From NCBI GenBank assembly GCA_964554805.1, contig CAZKPX010000001.1, forward strand, positions 381,798 to 445,797: a DNA stretch of 64,000 nt, written 5' to 3'. The notes under the pieces are model-generated. The model searched no databases. It was given only the letters and a program-made list of their open reading frames with translations, and was not told where the DNA came from. This DNA is from an uncultured Candidatus Saccharibacteria bacterium. Its GTDB lineage: Bacteria > Patescibacteriota > CAZHWT01. Made by a program: the position numbers and the translations under genes. Shown piece after piece: positions 24,043 to 34,865 of this stretch (positions are counted from its first letter, which is position 1; each line of letters begins with the position of its first letter).

Positions 24043-25533
24043 ATGCCAACCTCAAAATCCAAAGACACTGATAGTCAGTCGACTGAACCTGCTGGATCCA
24101 CTACGTCTCCTAAGCAGGCTAAAGAATCGTTGCTACTAAAAAAGACAAAGATTACTAAGGTATCTGAGGCTGTTGAGCCGTCCGTTGCCCAAACTAAGCA
24201 AGCCAAAACTGACTTGCCAATCATCGAACCTGAATTAAAGCCTAAAAAAGAAGCCGCCAAGGATGGGCAATTTGTATCGAGCAAGCCTCAGGGCCGATCG
24301 GGTGGTTTTAAGCCTAAGAATCAAACTCATCAAAGGGTCAAGAATCAGAGCGGTGAGGCTCGTGGGGTAAATTCTGCAGGTCAAGCCCAGACTGGACAGA
24401 AAGAAGCTGAGGCTTTTAAAGATGCGGCTGAAGTACGGGGTGTGTTGGATATCATGAGCGATGGTTATGGGTTTTTGCGCCAATCGGGGCTGGTTTCCAA
24501 TGTCGGTGATGTGTACGTCGCTTCATCGTTTATTCGACGATTGGACCTTCGGGTTGGTGACGAAGTAACTGGTTTAGCCCGTCGACCTAAGGATAATGAG
24601 AAATATTTTGGCTTGCTGAAGGTTGAGGAGATTAACGGTCAGCAGCCTGAATTAGTTAGCAAGAGAACTCGATTTGAACGTTTAACACCGATTTATCCTG
24701 ATAATCAATTTAAACTGGAAACGACCAAAGACGTGTTGTCGACTCGACTACTGGATCTTGTTTCGCCGGTAGGCCGGGGTCAGCGAGGTTTGATTGTGGC
24801 TCAGCCTAAAGCTGGTAAGACATATTTGTTAAAAGATATTGCTAACGGCATTACCAGCAACTACAAAGATGTGAAGCTGATGGTGGTTTTGATTGGAGAA
24901 CGACCTGAAGAGGTGACCGATATTGCTCGGAGTGTTAATGGAGACGTCTATGCTTCCAACTTTGATGAGCCATCGGAGAATCAGGTTAAAGTAGCGGAAT
25001 TGGCCTTGGAGAAAGCTAAGCGATTGGTAGAAATGGGTCAGGATATTGTCATTTTATTGGATAGTATTACTCGTCTGGCCAGGGCTTATAACTTAGCTAT
25101 TCCGCCATCTGGTCGAACTTTGTCAGGTGGATTTGACCCTGCCGCATTGTATCCTCCTAAAAAGTTCTTTGGTGCAGCCCGAAATGTGGAGCATGGTGGA
25201 AGTTTGACTATCATTGCGACAGCTTTGATTGATACCGGGTCGCGAATGGATGATTTGATTTACGAAGAGTTTAAAGGGACTGGCAATATGGAGCTGCATT
25301 TGGATCGACGCTTGGCTGAGCGAAGGATTTATCCATCTATTGATGTGACTCGATCTGGGACTCGTCATGAAGAGCTAATGTTTAATGCCGATGAGCTCAA
25401 AGCTGTTTGGCGCATGCGCCGAATGATTGAAACCCTCGGTCAGGGTCAAGAATCAACGGAATTATTGCTAGATAGGTTGCGTAAAACTGACACGAACAGT
25501 GATTTTTTGTCGACTTTGCACCAGCCGATGTGA
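24043..25533 (+). CDS. rho: transcription termination factor Rho, carrying a K/Q/S-rich N-terminal insertion
   Basis: RNA-binding region RFERLTPIYPDNQFKLETT; P-loop AQPKAGKTYLLKDIANGI; 496 aa versus about 420 typical. Confidence 0.9.
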   Translation: MPTSKSKDTDSQSTEPAGSTTSPKQAKESLLLKKTKITKVSEAVEPSVAQTKQAKTDLPIIEPELKPKKEAAKDGQFVSSKPQGRSGGFKPKNQTHQRVKNQSGEARGVNSAGQAQTGQKEAEAFKDAAEVRGVLDIMSDGYGFLRQSGLVSNVGDVYVASSFIRRLDLRVGDEVTGLARRPKDNEKYFGLLKVEEINGQQPELVSKRTRFERLTPIYPDNQFKLETTKDVLSTRLLDLVSPVGRGQRGLIVAQPKAGKTYLLKDIANGITSNYKDVKLMVVLIGERPEEVTDIARSVNGDVYASNFDEPSENQVKVAELALEKAKRLVEMGQDIVILLDSITRLARAYNLAIPPSGRTLSGGFDPAALYPPKKFFGAARNVEHGGSLTIIATALIDTGSRMDDLIYEEFKGTGNMELHLDRRLAERRIYPSIDVTRSGTRHEELMFNADELKAVWRMRRMIETLGQGQESTELLLDRLRKTDTNSDFLSTLHQPM

Positions 25534-25595
25534 TAGCCGCCTATGGCGGCGCGACACGAGACAAGGGACTCGTAGAATGCAGCGTTTTGCGCTTT

Positions 25596-25651
25596 AAAGC
25601 AGGTGTCTCTATATCCGTGTCTCCATATCCGCCACTGAAGGTGGCTTATTT
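25596..25651 (+). terminator. Family B half-element ending in the hairpin gccactgaaggtggc followed by ttattt, a likely rho terminator
   Basis: ctctatatccgtgtctccatatccgccactgaaggtggcttattt; the same hairpin core as at 4752-4766. Confidence 0.5.
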
Positions 25652-25685
25652 AACAACGCTTTGACTTGATAGAGGTCATGATGTT

Positions 25686-26921
25686 ATGATTAATACCGAC
25701 CTTGCTATGTCTATGACTGTCCCAGAGCCTGATCTACATTCCAAACTGAATATTCCTGGTGTTTCTCCGTTTATTTCAAATATGAATTTGGATATTTTTG
25801 CTGTAGAGCTAGCTTCTTGGGCTGGCTCCAGCTGTGTTTTTATAATGAATAGTAGCCGCAAGTCTGTTTTACGTGGCTTGGGTTTGGTAGAGTCAGCTAA
25901 GAAACAAGTCATGGGTCGTCTGGTTCCTCGAAACAGCTCGTGGGGACGGCCGTTCTCTCCAGTTGGAGTTGGTGGTTTGAGTGCGGTAATTGGGCTTGGA
26001 GGAGCTTTGTTTGGACACAACGGTGTGTTAGATCCGGCTGCAGTGAACCAAGCGACTATGGCTGCGACAACACAGAGTCAGGTGGCTTTTGTGGGTGGTA
26101 ATGTGCTAGCTAGCGATGTGATGGTCGACAGTTCTAGCCTCCAGACAATTATTCCTGAAGGCCGAGCTCGAGATGAAGTTTTGAAACATAAAGTTGAGCC
26201 TGGTGAGACTCTGGAGAGCATCGCCCAAGAATATAATGTGACCTTGTCTTCAATTAAATACGTTAACAATATGGGTGATAGCGATTTGATTAAGCCTGGC
26301 CAGGAATTAACTATTTTGCCAGTATCTGGGGTGTTGCATGAAGTAAAGGATGGAGAGTCTCTGGAAAGCATTTCAGGGAAGTGGAAGGTGGCTGCGCAAG
26401 CTATTGTCGAAATTAACTGGTTGGATGAGCCATATACGGTTAAGGCTGGCGATAAATTGATTATCCCTAACGCTGAAATTCCTGAACCAACCCCAACTCC
26501 TCAGCCAGCTCGAGCTGCCAGTCCATCAACATCGCGTTCTGGTGGAGGGGCAGTGGCTGGTACCGGCAGATTTATGTTCCCTACCAATGGATCTATTACT
26601 CAGTACTACAGTTATTATCACAATGGTATTGATATTGGTACGATGAACTCCACGCCTCCTATCTATGCGGCAGATAGCGGTCGGGTGACCTTTGCTGGTT
26701 GGTGGAGTGGTGGAGGCGGATATAGCGTATGGATCGATCATGGCAATGGATATGTGACTCAATATGCCCACATGAGCCGTATTAGCGTATCGGCAGGGCA
26801 GTCAGTGGGTCGTGGACAGCAAGTTGGCTTAGTAGGCGATACTGGTTTGGCTTTTGGCTATCACCTTCACTTTAATGTGTTGCAGAATGGCCGGACTATT
26901 AATCCGATGAGTGTGTTATAA
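25686..26921 (+). CDS. peptidoglycan hydrolase with two LysM domains and a C-terminal M23 peptidase domain
   Basis: LysM-like HKVEPGETLESIAQEYNVTLSSI and HEVKDGESLESISGKW; M23 region GIDIGT...HGNGYVTQYAHM...GDTGLAFGYHLHF. Confidence 0.8.
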   Translation: MINTDLAMSMTVPEPDLHSKLNIPGVSPFISNMNLDIFAVELASWAGSSCVFIMNSSRKSVLRGLGLVESAKKQVMGRLVPRNSSWGRPFSPVGVGGLSAVIGLGGALFGHNGVLDPAAVNQATMAATTQSQVAFVGGNVLASDVMVDSSSLQTIIPEGRARDEVLKHKVEPGETLESIAQEYNVTLSSIKYVNNMGDSDLIKPGQELTILPVSGVLHEVKDGESLESISGKWKVAAQAIVEINWLDEPYTVKAGDKLIIPNAEIPEPTPTPQPARAASPSTSRSGGGAVAGTGRFMFPTNGSITQYYSYYHNGIDIGTMNSTPPIYAADSGRVTFAGWWSGGGGYSVWIDHGNGYVTQYAHMSRISVSAGQSVGRGQQVGLVGDTGLAFGYHLHFNVLQNGRTINPMSVL

Positions 26922-27166
26922 ATCTGTCCAGCAGATTTATACGTTAGAAGGAGAAGAAAAAAGAAAAAGACAATGAGTTGGTTGAGGCTGCTGAGAGGGT
27001 GGCTATTTTTATGGGCACAGGCTTTGTTTATGGGTTGTTTTGTTGCTCAATTTATTTAAATAACAGGAATAGATTGAATAAGAAAAGGGTGTTGACTAGA
27101 TGATGGGGTAATTGGAGCTTTATTTTATAGGCTTATTGTTATATAATGGTCAGCGGTTAGTTATAA

Positions 27167-28288
<1,122 letters not shown>

Positions 28289-28325
28289 ACATTACAAAGA
28301 CATATTCATATAATGGTACTATTAA

Positions 28326-28355
28326 TTCCGGATAATTATATGTCCGGAATTTTTG
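28326..28355 (+). terminator. rho-independent terminator after obg
   Basis: ttccggataattatatgtccggaa followed by tttttg. Confidence 0.65.
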
Positions 28356-28600
28356 TTGATTTGGCAGCAATTTTTTGTGTATCTATCATTCCTTACCTAT
28401 AGACTGATAGCCTATTTATAAATTGTTGTTATAACAACTAAAATATTATTGCCTGTTGTTTCTCTACCTGTAGTATATATCGGTGTTGTATGCATATTCA
28501 TGATGACAATGACTATTAATAACACCACTGTTAATTGACTTTTGTTGTCAGATTTGGTAAAAATAGCTAGTTTCCTGTACTGCTTAATTAATTTATATTT

Positions 28601-28676
28601 GGGCCCTTAGCTTAGCTGGTAGAGCGCTTCCATGGCATGGAAGAGGTCAGGAGTTCGAATCTCCTAGGGTCCACCA
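28601..28676 (+). tRNA. tRNA-Ala (anticodon GGC)
   Basis: gggcccttagcttagctggtagagcgcttccatGGCatggaag...ggttcgaatcc...agggtccacca; G3:U70 present; the 3' end overlaps the hairpin ccaccaagggtttggtgg. Confidence 0.8.
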
Positions 28677-28790
28677 AGGGTTTGGTGGTGACTTGCTAGT
28701 CGCCGGCAGACCCTTGGTTTGTATATATGTAGATATGTATGCTACGACCATGAAATTGCTAGTTTGATTTAACGAGGATATAATGAAGAT

Positions 28791-31151
28791 ATGAAATATA
28801 ATCCTGAGGTTATTGAGCCTAAATGGCGTGAATTTTGGCAAGACAGAGATATGTACAAGGCATGTGTGTCTGATAAGCCTAAGAAGTATATTCTCAGTAT
28901 GTTCCCCTATCCTTCTGGGGATGGGTTGCACACTGGCCATGTAAAACTGTATACAGCGGTAGATATTTTGAGTCGTTATTATCGAGCCGCAGGCTTTAAT
29001 GTCCTGCAGCCGATGGGATGGGATGCTTTTGGGTTGCCCGCTGAGAATTATGCAATTAAAACTGGGATACAGCCAAAGATAACCACCTCGCGCAATATCG
29101 CAAATTTTAAAGGTGAGATGGAGCGAATCGGATTGTCGTACGATTGGGATAGAGAAGTAAACACAACTGACCCTGACTATTATCGTTGGACGCAGTGGAT
29201 CTTTGTACAGTTATTTCACAAAGGTCTGGCATACGAAGCTGAGGTAGCAATAAACTGGTGCCCTAAGGATAAGACGGGCTTGGCTAATGAAGAAGTGGTT
29301 AATGGATTGTGTGATCGGTGTGGGACTAAGGTTGAGAGCAAAGTTATTCGTCAGTGGATGCTGCGGATCACTGATTATGCTGACAGATTATTGGCTGATT
29401 TGGATCAATTGGATTGGCCAAGCTCAATACTTGAGATGCAGCGAAACTGGATTGGCAGAAGTGAAGGCGCATTGATAACTTTCTCTGTAGATGGAGGAGA
29501 AGATCTTGATATTAAAACCTTTACTACTCGGCCTGACACGCTTTTTGGAGTGACAGCTGTGGTTGTGTCTCCAGAGCATTCTGATCTGGCTCGGTTAACT
29601 AGTGCAGCGCAACAAGTAGCAGTGGCTGAATATAGCAATCTATCGGCTAATGCTAGTGAAATAGAAAGGACAAATGCTGATCGTCCTAAAACCGGCGTTT
29701 TTACTGGCAGCTACGCAATTCATCCCTTGACTGGAGCCAAGATTCCGGTTTGGACTGCTGATTATGTTTTGAGTAATTATGGAACCGGAGCAGTCATGGT
29801 CGTGCCAGCACATGATCAGCGAGACCGCCAATTTGCTCAGCAGTACAATTTGCCAATAATTGAGGTAATTAATGACCAAGGCCTCTTAGTTAACAGTAAT
29901 GAATATGATGGCATGAAGTCTGATGAGGCCAAGCAGGCTATTGTTGAAGCGTTGGCTAAAAAGGGCATGGCTGAGTCCAAGGTGCAGTATAAACTCCGTG
30001 ACTGGGTTTTTTCTCGACAACGATATTGGGGTGAACCTATACCCCTGGTGCATTGCGATGCCTGTGGGGTGGTCGCATTGCCCGAAGATCAACTACCACT
30101 AACTCTTCCAGAAGTGGATAAGTATGAGCCAACTGGCACCGGTGAGTCGCCATTGGCTGGTATAGAAGAGTGGGTTGTGACTACCTGTCCTAGTTGCGGA
30201 GGTCCGGCTAAGCGCGAGACTAATACAATGCCTCAATGGGCGGGTTCATGCTGGTACTATTTGCGTTTTGCAGATCCTCACAACAAAGATGCTGCCTTTA
30301 GTTTGGCTAGCGACGCCTATTGGAATCCGGTGGACTGGTATCTCGGCGGGGCAGAGCATGCTGTTTTACACTTGTTGTATGCCCGATTTTGGCACAAGGT
30401 TTTGTTTGACCTAGGTTTAGTTAGGCGATCAGAGCCATTTATGAAATTATCGAGTATTGGCATGGTTTTGGCTGCAGATGGCAAAAAAATGAGTAAGAGT
30501 TTGGGCAATATTGTGCGCCCAGATGAGGTAATTGAAGACTTTGGGGCTGATACGCTACGATTGTATGAAGTTTTTATGGGTCCGTTTGATCACTCTATTG
30601 CCTGGGACCCTAATAGTATAAACGGTTGTTATCGATTTTTGAGCAGAATTCACGATGTCGTAACTGCTCCCGATGAAGAAATTGGCTCGACTACGATCGA
30701 CGCCTTGCTGTCAGGATTAGTCCAAAAAGTAGGTACCGATATCTCTCAATTGAAACTTAACACGGCTATTGCGGCAATGATGAAGTTTTTAAATCAGGTT
30801 AAAGAGCAGTCATTAAGTAAAGAGCAAAAAGAGATTTTGGTCGTTGTCTTAGCACCATTTGCGCCCTATCTATCTGAAGAACTTTGGCACAACTTAGAGC
30901 ATAGTGATAGCGTTCATGAGCAGTCTTGGCCTAATAGTGCGAACCGAATTCAAGAAGCTGGGGTGTGTAATCTAGCAGTACAGGTTAACGGTAAGACCAG
31001 GGCGATTTTGGAGGTTTCTGCTACCGCCACTGAAGCTGAGGTGGTTGCTGCGGCCAGCTCTGAGGCAGCAGTCGCTAAATTTATTGAAGGTAAAAGCATT
31101 TCTCGAGTCATTTATGTGCCCGGAAAGATAGTAAACCTGGTGGCAAGCTAG
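28791..31151 (+). CDS. leuS: leucyl-tRNA synthetase
   Basis: Class I HIGH motif region PYPSGDGLHTGHV; KMSKSLGN motif; 786 aa. Confidence 0.9.
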   Translation: MKYNPEVIEPKWREFWQDRDMYKACVSDKPKKYILSMFPYPSGDGLHTGHVKLYTAVDILSRYYRAAGFNVLQPMGWDAFGLPAENYAIKTGIQPKITTSRNIANFKGEMERIGLSYDWDREVNTTDPDYYRWTQWIFVQLFHKGLAYEAEVAINWCPKDKTGLANEEVVNGLCDRCGTKVESKVIRQWMLRITDYADRLLADLDQLDWPSSILEMQRNWIGRSEGALITFSVDGGEDLDIKTFTTRPDTLFGVTAVVVSPEHSDLARLTSAAQQVAVAEYSNLSANASEIERTNADRPKTGVFTGSYAIHPLTGAKIPVWTADYVLSNYGTGAVMVVPAHDQRDRQFAQQYNLPIIEVINDQGLLVNSNEYDGMKSDEAKQAIVEALAKKGMAESKVQYKLRDWVFSRQRYWGEPIPLVHCDACGVVALPEDQLPLTLPEVDKYEPTGTGESPLAGIEEWVVTTCPSCGGPAKRETNTMPQWAGSCWYYLRFADPHNKDAAFSLASDAYWNPVDWYLGGAEHAVLHLLYARFWHKVLFDLGLVRRSEPFMKLSSIGMVLAADGKKMSKSLGNIVRPDEVIEDFGADTLRLYEVFMGPFDHSIAWDPNSINGCYRFLSRIHDVVTAPDEEIGSTTIDALLSGLVQKVGTDISQLKLNTAIAAMMKFLNQVKEQSLSKEQKEILVVVLAPFAPYLSEELWHNLEHSDSVHEQSWPNSANRIQEAGVCNLAVQVNGKTRAILEVSATATEAEVVAAASSEAAVAKFIEGKSISRVIYVPGKIVNLVAS

Positions 31152-31179
31152 GACTGACAAAGGTTCGGTGTAAAAACTA

Positions 31180-31605
31180 ATGGAACGTGATAATACATGG
31201 CTAGCTGAACGTCTGGAATATATCTGGAGTAATCATTTTGCAGATGTAGAGCGAGTGACGCCAATCAAGATATCATTTGGCCGACGCTCATATCGCAGAT
31301 TAGGTTCTATTGCTTTGAAGAAAGGCTACTTTGACGGTCAAATAACGGTCTATTCCAATGTAATAATTTCTAGCCTGCTTACGGAGTCTGAAGTGCCAAC
31401 ACAGATTATAGATCAGATCATTGCGCACGAGCTGGTTCATTATGTGCACGGTTTTGGATCTGAGTTGCCCAGAAAATTGCGACATCCTCATCAAGGCGGA
31501 GTGATCATGCGTGAGTTCCAGAAGCGGGGTGTGTGGGAGTTATATAGAGTTTATCAGAGCTGGATGAAGGCATATTGGCCGAGCTTTGCGAGACAGAATT
31601 ATTAA
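31180..31605 (+). CDS. small zinc metallopeptidase-like protein with an HExxH motif (SprT/DUF45-like)
   Basis: IIAHELVHYVHG contains HELVH; 141 aa; family assignment is tentative. Confidence 0.45.
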   Translation: MERDNTWLAERLEYIWSNHFADVERVTPIKISFGRRSYRRLGSIALKKGYFDGQITVYSNVIISSLLTESEVPTQIIDQIIAHELVHYVHGFGSELPRKLRHPHQGGVIMREFQKRGVWELYRVYQSWMKAYWPSFARQNY

Positions 31606-31709
31606 AAATACGTTGCTTACTTGTTGACAGTTAGATTGCTATGCATTAAAAGCTAATTACAAAGCTTTGCTAAATATAGTACCTGCCCAGATAGGTAATT
31701 GGTGTAATA

Positions 31710-32507
31710 ATGCTGCGGATAATCATAATAGCTCGGGAACGATGGGCCGGAGCTAAGGATGTGTTGGCGGGTTGGTTTGGAGTATCGACCACCTTGAAGG
31801 TGGCGGGACTGCTGGTGTTGCCGGGGTTGTTATTGGTTGGTTATATCGGCTGGGAATTGGCTTCTGTCGATGACCAAGGCGCAGTTAAGGTTTTGTCCAG
31901 CCAAGAAGTTTCGCACCAATCAAGTACTAGTGCTAACCCTATTGAGGCTAGATCTGATAAAAAGATCTGGGTTGATGTGTCAGGTGCAGTGATTAATCCT
32001 GGTGTAAAAGCATTGCCTGAGGATGCTCGAGTGGCAACTGCGCTAGAGGCTAGTGGCGGTTTTAGTGCCGAGGCTGATACGACTTATGTAGCGCAGGTGC
32101 TGAATTTTGCTCAGCCATTGGCTGATGGTGATAAGTTATATATCCCAACTGAGGTGCAAGTTAAGGCATCGATGCCTACTCCTGTGCCACTCCTGACCAA
32201 AATCAATACCGAAGTGCCGTTGCTAACCAAAGCTACAGGGCCATCTTCTGGGTCTGAGCCCACGACTCAAGTAAAACCTTCTCCAGCAACAAGCAATCCC
32301 ACATCTAGTCCCCGTCCGACAACTATAGAAGAGCTTATCAATGTTAACACTGCAGCTGTCAGTCTGCTAGAGGAGCTGCCGGGAGTAGGACCTGCCACTG
32401 CAAGCAAAATAGTGGAAGGCAGGCCGTATGCATCGTTGGATCAATTGTGCCAGGCTATTAACAATAGTAGAACCTGCTCAAGTCTTGAAGGATTAGTGGG
32501 ATTTTAG
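31710..32507 (+). CDS. comEA: competence protein ComEA, a DNA receptor with tandem helix-hairpin-helix motifs
   Basis: C-terminal LINVNTAAVSLLEELPGVGPATASKIVEGRPYASLDQL; N-terminal transmembrane segment. Confidence 0.8.
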   Translation: MLRIIIIARERWAGAKDVLAGWFGVSTTLKVAGLLVLPGLLLVGYIGWELASVDDQGAVKVLSSQEVSHQSSTSANPIEARSDKKIWVDVSGAVINPGVKALPEDARVATALEASGGFSAEADTTYVAQVLNFAQPLADGDKLYIPTEVQVKASMPTPVPLLTKINTEVPLLTKATGPSSGSEPTTQVKPSPATSNPTSSPRPTTIEELINVNTAAVSLLEELPGVGPATASKIVEGRPYASLDQLCQAINNSRTCSSLEGLVGF

Positions 32508-33956
32508 TTGGTGGAATACCTGATAAGCATAGCAGGAGTCGTATTATTGGGCTTGGTTGGCAAGCAGGGCTGGATTGATGAGACAGTGTGGTACGTGGCG
32601 GCGACAGGGTTGTTCATTGGGTATGTTCTGTTGAGAAAGATGTCGTCTGCCTGGCGTATACCCTGGATGGCGGTTATTGCAGGTTGCGTCATTGCGGCAA
32701 AAGCTAGTGGGCTGGCTGCTCCAGAATCATTTGTGATTGATAATTTTACCCACAAGTCGCTGGTTGTCAGCGGGGTTGTCCTATCGCAGCCTCATCAGAC
32801 CGTTAAATCCTTGCAAGTAAGACTAGATAACGTGGAAGTTGAAGGAGTGTCCGCAGCCTGGCACGGCGCTCTTCAATTGACAATGCCGGTACATAGTCAG
32901 GTTGTCTATGGGGATCGGTTACAACTAAAGGGCTCGATAAAAGACTTGACTGCGGTAGAGAAAGGTTATAGAGCCTATCTTGAGAACCAGCATATTTATG
33001 GAGTGATGGTCTGGCCGGTTATGGTAGGTCAGGCAAGTGGCTATGGCAATGCTGTGGTGGGATGGGGGATTGCTAATCAGGAGAATCTTGTTGAAGTGAT
33101 GCAGCAGTTGCTGCCGCAAGATTTATCGGCATTTTTGCTTGGCATTGTGCTTGGGTCAGATCAGATGTTATCTGAAGAATTTGATTTGGCACTGAAGAAT
33201 ACAGGCACAAGTCATATTGTGGTGGCCAGTGGCTACAATATCGGCATTTTGATAGTTTTGTGCATGAGTTTTTCGGCTAGGTTTGGTAGGTATTGGCAGA
33301 TTGGGTGTTGTGTCGGAGCAGTGGTGGGGTTCGTACTGGTGTCTGGTTTGGAACCATCACTGATAAGAGCATCGTTTATGGCGGGATTGGCAATGTCTTC
33401 TGTTTTGTGGGGCAGACAGAGACAGGCTCTACATCTTCTCTTTATAGCGGGCTTGGCTATGCTGGTTATTAATCCGTGGTGGTTGTTTGATATAGGATTT
33501 CAACTCTCATTTATGGCAACCTTAAGTCTGATATTGTTCCAGCCGAGCATTGTGAAACGGCTGCCAAATTTTTTGCCAGACTGGTTGCGAGAAATTGTCA
33601 GTTCGACTATGGCAGCTCAGATAATGGTCTATCCTATTTTGCTGGTGTCCTTTTCAAAGGTGTCTGTCGTTAGCCTGTTGACGAATGTATTAGTATTGTG
33701 GCTTATACCTTGGCTGATGGCGGGCGGTGTGTTGGTGCTGCTCTTTAGCTTGATTCATCAGCATCTAGGACAAATTTTGTCGTACATTGTATATCCTTGG
33801 CTGTGGTATGTCAGAGAAATAATTGTACTGACCGCTCAATTGCCATTTGCTTCGGTTACGGTTGGTTTTAATTGGTTTGGAGTCGCTTTGTTGTATGTTT
33901 TAACTTTGGTTATTTATGGCCGGATACATCTGGATAAATATGAGCAATCTCCATAG
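32508..33956 (+). CDS. comEC: competence channel protein ComEC/Rec2 (membrane competence domain)
   Basis: Polytopic membrane protein with the ComEC signature LKNTGTSHIVVASGYNIGIL; TTG start directly after the comEA stop. Confidence 0.75.
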   Translation: MVEYLISIAGVVLLGLVGKQGWIDETVWYVAATGLFIGYVLLRKMSSAWRIPWMAVIAGCVIAAKASGLAAPESFVIDNFTHKSLVVSGVVLSQPHQTVKSLQVRLDNVEVEGVSAAWHGALQLTMPVHSQVVYGDRLQLKGSIKDLTAVEKGYRAYLENQHIYGVMVWPVMVGQASGYGNAVVGWGIANQENLVEVMQQLLPQDLSAFLLGIVLGSDQMLSEEFDLALKNTGTSHIVVASGYNIGILIVLCMSFSARFGRYWQIGCCVGAVVGFVLVSGLEPSLIRASFMAGLAMSSVLWGRQRQALHLLFIAGLAMLVINPWWLFDIGFQLSFMATLSLILFQPSIVKRLPNFLPDWLREIVSSTMAAQIMVYPILLVSFSKVSVVSLLTNVLVLWLIPWLMAGGVLVLLFSLIHQHLGQILSYIVYPWLWYVREIIVLTAQLPFASVTVGFNWFGVALLYVLTLVIYGRIHLDKYEQSP

Positions 33957-34797
33957 AGTAGTGATATACATACTGGTACTAGTGGGTTATTTATCGGTGA
34001 ACTTTGGCAGCTATGGTGGTAGTTTGACAATGTATTTTTTGGACATTGGGCAGGGCGATAGTATACTTATTGTCAGTCCCGGAGGTAGAAGAATTTTAAT
34101 TGACGGAGGCCCATATCAATCAATTGTATCGGAGCTAGATAGGGTGACGCCAGTATGGGACAGACAGCTTGATTTGGTGATGGCGAGTCATGCTGATGAT
34201 GACCATATTAGTGGTTTGGTGTCGGTAGTGGAGCGCTACAAGGTTGGGCGATTGCTAATGAACCAAACAAGCAAGAAGATCCCTTCGGTAGTTGCCTTAT
34301 TGTCTGAGCTTGATGAGCAGTCTATCGGCAGGGATGCTTTTTATAAAGGCCAGATTATGACTATTGAGCCTGGCTTGCAGTTGCGCGGGCTGTGGCCAGA
34401 TGCTAAGCAAACCCTTGGTTCTACTGAAAATGATTTATCGCAAGTTGTGGTGCTAGAGTTTGGCCATTTTACGGCTTTGATGACAGGTGACGCAGAATCT
34501 TCGGTGTTGAATCAGGCTTTGAGCGATCAGGTGCTCGGTTTTGACCTGCTGAAGGTTCCTCATCATGGGTCGGCGGGTGGTTTGAATGACGATTTATTAC
34601 AGAAGATGTCGCCAAATGTAGCAATAATTAGCTCAGGATTGGGTAACAGATATGGTCATCCACATCCCGAAACCTTGCAATTACTAGAGGATAATGGTAC
34701 ACAGATATACCGAACTGATTTGCAAGGAACACTCAGAGTTGTGGTTGATGGATCGGGTTTTAGCGTTTATTCTGAGAAAACGTTGTATAATAGATAG
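33916..34797 (+). CDS. ComEC-type metallo-beta-lactamase-domain protein, encoded as a separate ORF overlapping the comEC 3' end
   Basis: HADDDHISG (HxHxDH) and DIGQGDSILIVSPGGRRILIDGG motifs; start overlaps the 32508-33956 stop. Confidence 0.7.
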   Translation: MAGYIWINMSNLHRVVIYILVLVGYLSVNFGSYGGSLTMYFLDIGQGDSILIVSPGGRRILIDGGPYQSIVSELDRVTPVWDRQLDLVMASHADDDHISGLVSVVERYKVGRLLMNQTSKKIPSVVALLSELDEQSIGRDAFYKGQIMTIEPGLQLRGLWPDAKQTLGSTENDLSQVVVLEFGHFTALMTGDAESSVLNQALSDQVLGFDLLKVPHHGSAGGLNDDLLQKMSPNVAIISSGLGNRYGHPHPETLQLLEDNGTQIYRTDLQGTLRVVVDGSGFSVYSEKTLYNR

Positions 34798-34865
34798 AAG
34801 GAGAAGGAGGAGAAGAAGTAAGAAGGAGAAGTAGAAGTAGAAGTTTAAATCTAGAATTATTTTTT

